From a virus (taxonomy: Duplodnaviria > Heunggongvirae > Uroviricota > Caudoviricetes), in IMG/VR virus record IMGVR_UViG_2541047730_000004: a stretch of DNA of 42,322 nt; one strand, 5' to 3'. The notes beneath the pieces are model-generated. The model did no database searches and was not told the origin of the DNA. It saw only the letters and a list, made by a program, of their open reading frames with translations. Below are positions 36,639-42,322 of this stretch, piece after piece. Both the position numbers and the translations under genes were made by a program. Position 1 is the first letter of the stretch. Each line of letters starts with the position of its first letter.

Positions 36639-37223
36639 ATGAAAAGTATCCAGGACGTCCGCAGGCAAAATCTCAACGACTTGATCGACCGTGAATTCAA
36701 TGGTGTTCAGACGCGGATGGCAGAAAAACTTGGAACTCAGGCAAATCTGGTAAACCGCTGGGCTCTTGGCAAGAAGGTTATCGGCGACCAGGTTGCGCGA
36801 AAAATTGAAGCTGCCGCCAATAAACCACGTAACTGGCTTGATATCGATCGCTCGCTTTCTCAGGAAGGTTTTCAGCCTGTCGGCCCAAGCGACATTGGTC
36901 AGCTGGCGGCTCACAACCTGGAACGCTGGATGAGCGAAAGCCGCGACCTTTCAACACAGGGAAAACTTCACCGCGCATCCGGCGTCGCCCAGGTGACAAT
37001 CAGCCGCCTGTTAAACAATGAGGTCAGCGTTTCCATTTCCACCCTGGAGAATGTTGCATCCGCATTCGGGCGTCACGGCTATGAATTACTGATTCACCCG
37101 CACGACCCTGCGACCATCAACTATGACCGCTCGCGCTACGCATTGTTACCCGAAACCGAGAAAGCAAAGATCGAAAGTTATATTGAATTTGTCATCAACC
37201 AGAACGAAAAAAACAAACAATAA
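36639..37223 (+). CDS. CI-like repressor with two HTH (XRE-type) segments and no LexA-like peptidase domain
   Basis: HTH-like RMAEKLGTQANLVNRWALGKK and ASGVAQVTISRLLNNEVSVSISTLENVASAFG. No Ala-Gly / GDSM / Lys autocleavage signature. Divergent from cro; terminator and OL-like sites downstream. Confidence 0.65.
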   Translation: MKSIQDVRRQNLNDLIDREFNGVQTRMAEKLGTQANLVNRWALGKKVIGDQVARKIEAAANKPRNWLDIDRSLSQEGFQPVGPSDIGQLAAHNLERWMSESRDLSTQGKLHRASGVAQVTISRLLNNEVSVSISTLENVASAFGRHGYELLIHPHDPATINYDRSRYALLPETEKAKIESYIEFVINQNEKNKQ

Positions 37224-37243
37224 AATCATACTTTTCAGTAAGT

Positions 37244-37268
37244 AAGCCGCCTTCTGGCGGCTTTTTTA
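37244..37268 (+). terminator. Rho-independent terminator after the repressor gene
   Basis: GCCGCC-TTCT-GGCGGC followed by TTTTTTATT. Confidence 0.75.
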
Positions 37269-37278
37269 TTGCCTATAC

Positions 37279-37297
37279 TATTACCTAATAGGTAATT
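37279..37297. promoter_or_regulatory. OL-equivalent operator 1: TATTACC-TAATA-GGTAATT
   Basis: Near-perfect palindrome upstream of the plus-strand early operon. Confidence 0.6.
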
Positions 37298-37340
37298 TTT
37301 TTAACTCATATCTATTGACATCAAACCAAATACGCATAAT

Positions 37341-37359
37341 TATTACCTCAACGGTAACA
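37341..37359. promoter_or_regulatory. OL-equivalent operator 2: TATTACC-TCAAC-GGTAACA, with TTGACA (37315-37320) upstream
   Basis: TTACC-N5-GGTAA; followed by the direct repeat GGTAACAGACCGAGGTAAC. Confidence 0.55.
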
Positions 37360-37376
37360 GACCGAGGTAACAAGTT

Positions 37377-37529
37377 ATGCAGTGGAAAATCATCAACGGT
37401 TGGTACTGCGTTACTGCATGCGGATTCATGAGCTGGAAGTTCCGCACCTTACAGGAAGGCATTAAGTGGGCTTTCGTCAGCAAAGAAGCTCGCGATGTGG
37501 CCAACGATAACGAGATATGGGAGGGCTGA
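37377..37529 (+). CDS. Small ORF, first gene of the early-left operon
   Basis: 50-aa ORF starting 18 bp after the operator (below the ORF-track cutoff); stop overlaps the next start. Confidence 0.3.
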   Translation: MQWKIINGWYCVTACGFMSWKFRTLQEGIKWAFVSKEARDVANDNEIWEG

Positions 37530-37531
37530 TA

Positions 37532-37831
37532 ATGAACGTTAATCAGCAGAAAAATCTTCAAAAAATCATGCTGGCATTCGACAAGGACTACCGCCTGTCA
37601 GAACAGCTATATGACCGACAAGTTGAACTGATCGAGAGCATCCGGCTTCATCAACTGGCCTCAACTTTTGACGCTGTAACAGGCAAAGGAGTTCGCCAGG
37701 AAGTGCTGGAGGCAGCTAAAGACAGCCCTGAGTTCGAAGAACTTATGGATGCCTACCGGCGCGAGGCAATGGCAATTATCGCCCGCTGGGATCTGGCGGA
37801 TCGGATTGATGGGCAGAGGGAAGCGGCATGA
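37532..37831 (+). CDS. Hypothetical early protein
   Basis: 99 aa, helical/charged; start ATG directly after the previous stop. Confidence 0.45.
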   Translation: MNVNQQKNLQKIMLAFDKDYRLSEQLYDRQVELIESIRLHQLASTFDAVTGKGVRQEVLEAAKDSPEFEELMDAYRREAMAIIARWDLADRIDGQREAA

Positions 37832-38649
37832 AACCGGGAATTTATTTCGACATCAGCAACGAAGACTACCACGCCGGTGACGGCGTGAGTAAGTCGCAAC
37901 TGGACATGGTTGCCAAGAATCCGGCGCTTCTTAAATGGGTTCAGGCAGCACCAGAAGACGAAGAGAAAAAGTCTGCACTGGATATGGGAACCGCATTGCA
38001 CTGTCTGCTTCTGGAGCCTGGAGAATTCGACAAACGCTTCATTGTTTCACCGAAGTTCGATCGTCGGACAAAACAAGGTAAAGCTGACGAAGAAGCATTT
38101 CTTCGTGATGTGGCGGATATGGGTATTACGGTACTTGATGTCGAGCAGTGGCGAAAACTGGAGCTGATGCGTGATAGCGCAATGGCTCATCCGGCGGCAC
38201 GCTGGATGCTGGAAGCACCTGGTTACTGCGAAGCATCAATGTACTGGAACGATGAAGAGACGGGTGAGTTGTGCCGAATTCGTCCAGACAAATGGCTGAA
38301 CGAGCACAACGTGATCGTCGACGTGAAAAAGGTTGCAGATATGGACCGTTTTGCACGCCACATCGAGGAATTCCGCTACCACGTGCAGGACGCAATGTAC
38401 CGCGAAGGCGCAATGAGGGTTACTGGTCAGCCGCATGGTTTTTTCTTTCTTGCCGTGAGCGAAAGCATTGATTGTGGTCGGTATCCGGTACGCGTGTTCG
38501 AGCTGGATGCGCCAGATGTCGATGCCGGGCACGCTCTGTTCCGCCGGGATCTGAATACCTATCACGAATGCCGCATCAACGATGAATGGGGCGGAGTGGA
38601 AATTATTAAACGCCCTGACTGGGCACGTAAACAGGATATGTACGTATGA
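37828..38649 (+). CDS. RecE-like exonuclease (PD-(D/E)xK, exodeoxyribonuclease VIII-type domain)
   Basis: N-terminal GIYFDISNEDYHAGDGVSKSQL and a central D...E.K-type core; immediately upstream of recT. Confidence 0.7.
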   Translation: MKPGIYFDISNEDYHAGDGVSKSQLDMVAKNPALLKWVQAAPEDEEKKSALDMGTALHCLLLEPGEFDKRFIVSPKFDRRTKQGKADEEAFLRDVADMGITVLDVEQWRKLELMRDSAMAHPAARWMLEAPGYCEASMYWNDEETGELCRIRPDKWLNEHNVIVDVKKVADMDRFARHIEEFRYHVQDAMYREGAMRVTGQPHGFFFLAVSESIDCGRYPVRVFELDAPDVDAGHALFRRDLNTYHECRINDEWGGVEIIKRPDWARKQDMYV

Positions 38650-39527
38650 GCAATGATATCGCAATCACATCACAACCAGGCGCAACTGTAGGCACTGCTG
38701 CGGCAATCTTCAGCCCCGAGGGCATGAATCAACTGGTGCGTTTCGCTGAGTTGATGTCACAAAGCAAAGCGACTGTACCGAAACATCTTGAAGGCAAACC
38801 TGCCGATTGCCTGGCGGTGACCATGCAGGCGGCACAGTGGGGAATGAACCCTTTCGCCGTGGCGCAGAAAACGCATGTGGTAAACGGAACGTTAGGCTAC
38901 GAAGCACAGTTGGTAAACGCGGTCGTATCCTCTTCCAGCCTGCTAGCGACACGCCTGAATTATCGCTGGAGCGGTGACTGGTCGAATGTTAACGGCAAAA
39001 CAGATAAATCACCGAATCTGACGGTAACTGTGTCAGCAGTCCTTAAAGGAGAAGCAGAACCACGTGAGCTTACCATCAGTATGGCGCAAGCCGGAGTGCG
39101 TAACTCTCCATTGTGGGAACAGGATCCGCGCCAGCAACTTGCCTATCTTTGCACGAAACGATGGGCTCGCCTGCACGCTCCTGATGTACTTCTTGGTGTT
39201 TACACCCCTGACGAATTACAGGAAACGGCACCGCGCGTTGAGCGAGACATTACTCCGCAAACAACTACTGCTGCGGGAATGAACAGTCTGATCAACGCTA
39301 AACCAGTGAAAAAGCCTGATGAGCAAACGCGTAAAGCGGATAGCCGTGATCCAGAAGAAATGCTGATGGCCTTTACCAGCGCAGCGATGAATTACAGCAC
39401 TGTCTCCGAACTGGATAAGGCTTACAAATACATTGCACAAAAACTTTCAGATGATGACGAACTGCTGGCAAAAGCCACCGACGTTTACAGCGTTCGTCGG
39501 GAAGAATTAAACGAAACATCTATGTAA
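38646..39527 (+). CDS. recT: RecT single-strand annealing recombinase
   Basis: 293 aa with RecT-family features; coupled to the exonuclease gene. Confidence 0.8.
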   Translation: MSNDIAITSQPGATVGTAAAIFSPEGMNQLVRFAELMSQSKATVPKHLEGKPADCLAVTMQAAQWGMNPFAVAQKTHVVNGTLGYEAQLVNAVVSSSSLLATRLNYRWSGDWSNVNGKTDKSPNLTVTVSAVLKGEAEPRELTISMAQAGVRNSPLWEQDPRQQLAYLCTKRWARLHAPDVLLGVYTPDELQETAPRVERDITPQTTTAAGMNSLINAKPVKKPDEQTRKADSRDPEEMLMAFTSAAMNYSTVSELDKAYKYIAQKLSDDDELLAKATDVYSVRREELNETSM

Positions 39528-39576
39528 CCACCACCGCGGCGCCACACGCGCCGCACTGCAACCAAGAGAGGTATTT

Positions 39577-39825
39577 ATGAAAGGTGCATTAGGTAAGAAG
39601 GAACTCCTGGCGGTGGTGCCACTGTCATGGAGCACTATCGACCGTATGGAGCGCGCAGGGGAATTTCCTAAACGCTGGTATATCACTGACAAACGCTGCG
39701 CATGGAACCGTGACGAAGTTGAGCGTTGGCTTGATGAACGTCAGGCAGCAAGCCCGGCAGAGTTCCAGGGTAAAAAACCTCCTGTTCAGCAACGTGTATA
39801 TCGTCCCGTGAGCAACGCTGCATGA
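39577..39825 (+). CDS. AlpA-family HTH protein (excisionase-like)
   Basis: ELLAVVPLSWSTIDRMERAGEFPKRWYITDKRCAWNRDEVERWL matches the AlpA/Xis pattern. Confidence 0.65.
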   Translation: MKGALGKKELLAVVPLSWSTIDRMERAGEFPKRWYITDKRCAWNRDEVERWLDERQAASPAEFQGKKPPVQQRVYRPVSNAA

Positions 39826-39934
39826 GTGCGCTGCTAAGGCACTGGATCAAATGGTCAGGATGGTACTTATTCCTGGCCTCTGTTTCAGCATGGCTTTATC
39901 TGCTGGCATTAATTTTCAGAGAGGGTTGGATTAA

Positions 39935-40234
39935 GTGAGAAAGTTAAGCCGACTTGAAAAATATCACATGAATAAGGTTTCAATGCGCAGTCCGTCAAAG
40001 ATTGTCGCCGTTACTCCTGCGGCGATAGAGATCGAAAAACGCGCGATTGAAAGAGAGAAAAAAGGGCAGTTCCGCATTGCCGCCCACCTTTGGCTTCAGT
40101 GTATGGATGTTGCTTCTGGTGATGTTGAACGTGCAAGGATCGCGATTCGCAGGGACCAATGTATCACAAAAGGTAACGGACTTCGCCGTGGCGACTATAG
40201 CGGCATAGGATGTTGTGGGGTGGTTTATGACTAA
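39935..40234 (+). CDS. PerC/ANR-family small regulator
   Basis: EREKKGQFRIAAHLWLQCMDVA fits the ANR/PerC signature (G.WR.AA.LWLQ). Start uncertain (39935 or 39968). Confidence 0.5.
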   Translation: MRKLSRLEKYHMNKVSMRSPSKIVAVTPAAIEIEKRAIEREKKGQFRIAAHLWLQCMDVASGDVERARIAIRRDQCITKGNGLRRGDYSGIGCCGVVYD

Positions 40235-40877
40235 GAAATACACACTAATCTATGCAGATCCACCCTGGGCATACCGGGACAAAGCCACAGATGGTAATCG
40301 CGGTGCCGGTTTTAAATATCCGGTTATGAGTGTGCTGGATATCTGCCGCCTTCCTGTGTGGGATTTGGCCGGTGAAAACTGTCTGTTGGCCATGTGGTGG
40401 GTGCCAACACAACCACTCGAAGCACTAAAAGTTGTTGAAGCCTGGGGATTCCGTCTGATGACCATGAAGGGCTTCACGTGGATAAAATGTGGTAGTCGAC
40501 AACCAGATAAACTGGTTATGGGTATGGGACACATGACTCGCGCCAATAGTGAAGATTGCCTGTTTGCGGTAAAGGGAAAACTACCTCCGCGCATTAATGC
40601 AGGTATCGTTCAGTCATTTACCGCACCGCGGCTTGAGCATTCAAGAAAACCAGATGTCGTTCGTGAAAAACTTGTGCAATTATTAGGCGATGTTTCTCGC
40701 ATTGAACTGTTCGCCCGCCAGACGTCTCATGGCTTCGATGTTTGGGGTAATCAGTGCGAAGACCCGGCAGTGCAACTACACCCTGGATACGCGTTGGATA
40801 TTGGCGGATTAACAAATGCATTCAGCAATGCTCCGCTGTCACCAACAGACAACCAGGGGCGGGAGCGTGCTGCATGA
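40227..40877 (+). CDS. DNA N6-adenine methyltransferase, MT-A70 family
   Basis: Catalytic DPPW motif (YADPPWAY) near the N-terminus; about 216 aa; orphan (no restriction enzyme gene seen). Confidence 0.8.
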   Translation: MTKKYTLIYADPPWAYRDKATDGNRGAGFKYPVMSVLDICRLPVWDLAGENCLLAMWWVPTQPLEALKVVEAWGFRLMTMKGFTWIKCGSRQPDKLVMGMGHMTRANSEDCLFAVKGKLPPRINAGIVQSFTAPRLEHSRKPDVVREKLVQLLGDVSRIELFARQTSHGFDVWGNQCEDPAVQLHPGYALDIGGLTNAFSNAPLSPTDNQGRERAA

Positions 40878-41068
40878 ACAGGGCATCACCAGCAGATTTA
40901 AGAAAATGCCTTGAAACTGCAAACATGCTTGCACACAGCGGGATCAGGTTTGTTCCAATTCCCGCTGTCACTGATGCTGAATTTGCAACACTGTCAGCAA
41001 TATTCGAAAACAAAATTGAATCACTGGCAGCAGAAGCAGAGATGGAAGAAAATCAGCAGAACTATTAA
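40874..41068 (+). CDS. Hypothetical small protein
   Basis: 65-aa ORF; ATG overlaps the methyltransferase stop. Confidence 0.35.
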   Translation: MNRASPADLRKCLETANMLAHSGIRFVPIPAVTDAEFATLSAIFENKIESLAAEAEMEENQQNY

Positions 41069-41071
41069 ACG

Positions 41072-42322
41072 TTATTCCCCCGCCATCCACTTCTCAAACT
41101 TCGACGGGGAGAACGGAATAAGATCCGTATGCTCCCCGTTAATCCAGGAATCAATCATATCGGCCCACTGCTGCAACATGTAGGCGCGCTGTCTGGCGTA
41201 TTCCGCTTTGTTATATACGGCGCGCACACCTTTCTGCTCATGTGCCAGAGCCTTTTCAATCCAGTCTGAAGGATAACCAGCCTCATGCAACAACGTACTT
41301 GCTGTACGGCGCATATCGTGTACGGTGAAGTCCTGAATATGCTCACCATCTTCATTTATTATTTTCACCGTTCTGTCGATCAGAGAGTTCAGCGCGGCAT
41401 TAGATAATGGCTTCCGGAAATTGTAACGACCAGGAACCAGATATTCACTTCCACCAGCGCACATCTGCAACCCGACCAATATATCCTGTGCCTGTTTAGG
41501 CAGGTAAATAACGTGCGCCCGGCTTCCCTTCATGCGGTCTGGAGGAATTGTCCATGTCCATTTTTTAAAATCTATTTCATCCCACGTTGCATTGGTGAAT
41601 TCGCCCTTACGAACCATAGTGATAAGCACCAGTTTTAAAGCCATTTTCATAGTGCCCATAGCACCAATGGCATCCAGCGTGCGGAAGAACAGGCCAATTT
41701 CTTCTGGTGTCAGTGTTCGCTCTCGTGGTTTAAATATGGCGATAGACGAAGGTTTAATGTCAGCCGCAGGATTAAACAAACCATGACCACGGTCATTGGC
41801 GTGACGGTATACGCTACTGATGATCTCCCTGGCCTGCACTGCTGTTGCCCGACCACCGCGTTCGACAATCCGGTCACATAAATCACGAACCATCGATGTG
41901 GTAATTTCAGCCATCATTTTGTTGCCAAGAACCGGAAGTATGTCACGGTCGATCACCGCCTGCTTCATTGCGCGGGTACTGTCAGCCAGGATGACGTGTT
42001 TCATATAACTGTCGGTATGTACCGCAAACGTCTCGGCACCACGAATCTTTTTGATACCGTCACGTTTAGCCGCAGCCGGCGACTGGCCTGCTTTAAGCAG
42101 CTTCTTTGCAGCAATCAGTTCTTCTCGCGCTTCTGCCAGGCTGATACCGTCACGCCCATACTGCCCGATTACCAGTGTTTCGCGGCGACCGTTGATACGG
42201 TAGTCATAGCGAAACGAGACCGTGCCTGACGTAAGCACAGCTACATACAGCCCGTCACGATCGGAGACCTTGTACAGTTTGTCCTGCGGCTTGAGGTTTT
42301 TTAATTTTGTATCGGTAAGCAC
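41072..42322 (-). CDS. int: Tyrosine integrase (P4-like), N-terminus truncated by the window edge
   Basis: C-terminal catalytic signature (HDMRRT...LAH...Y); N-terminal arm-binding-type region LTDTKLKNLKPQDKLYKVSDRDGLYV; the ORF runs off the right end of the window. Confidence 0.85.
   Translation of the reverse strand: MLTDTKLKNLKPQDKLYKVSDRDGLYVAVLTSGTVSFRYDYRINGRRETLVIGQYGRDGISLAEAREELIAAKKLLKAGQSPAAAKRDGIKKIRGAETFAVHTDSYMKHVILADSTRAMKQAVIDRDILPVLGNKMMAEITTSMVRDLCDRIVERGGRATAVQAREIISSVYRHANDRGHGLFNPAADIKPSSIAIFKPRERTLTPEEIGLFFRTLDAIGAMGTMKMALKLVLITMVRKGEFTNATWDEIDFKKWTWTIPPDRMKGSRAHVIYLPKQAQDILVGLQMCAGGSEYLVPGRYNFRKPLSNAALNSLIDRTVKIINEDGEHIQDFTVHDMRRTASTLLHEAGYPSDWIEKALAHEQKGVRAVYNKAEYARQRAYMLQQWADMIDSWINGEHTDLIPFSPSKFEKWMAGE

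Noticed and set aside
1-42322. CRISPR arrays, IS elements/transposases, rRNA, phage-encoded RNA polymerase
   Set aside because: No regularly spaced short direct repeats, no transposase-like ORF with terminal inverted repeats, and no ~880-aa RNAP-like ORF despite the T7-like virion genes; transcription presumably uses host RNAP.

Overview
Almost the whole window (about 1.1 kb to the right edge) reads as one temperate, mosaic prophage of an enterobacterial host; I found no CRISPR array, IS element or rRNA. Calls rest on protein motifs recognised by eye and on repeats read directly in the DNA; no search was run. Layout from right to left: P4-type tyrosine integrase (N-terminus cut by the window edge), a plus-strand early operon (RecE-like exonuclease, RecT, AlpA-like excisionase, PerC/ANR-like regulator, MT-A70 methyltransferase), a CI-like/Cro-like switch, an O-like initiator with iterons inside the gene, a lambda P-like helicase loader, small nin/ead-like genes, terminase small and large subunits, an opposite-strand insert (tRNA-Arg UCU plus an AT-rich membrane/coiled-coil gene), a T7-like virion module (portal, scaffold, capsid, tail tube A/B, internal core proteins with a transglycosylase domain), a P22 immI-like region (Mnt-like, Arc-like, antirepressors), a tailspike with a C-terminal chaperone domain, and a lysis cassette. 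The leftmost 1.07 kb (lipoprotein plus a frameshifted coiled-coil gene) is host flank or terminal cargo. The most interesting signals are: (1) a CI-like repressor with no LexA-type peptidase domain, paired with a near-consensus LexA box directly in front of a small antirepressor-domain gene; (2) a palindromic operator motif TTACC-N5-GGTAA at 12 or more intergenic sites, including late, cargo and immI promoters; (3) a roughly 255-bp inverted duplication of the antirepressor C-terminal domain bracketing a two-gene small-membrane-protein cassette; (4) several AT-rich cargo genes at classic prophage hotspots.
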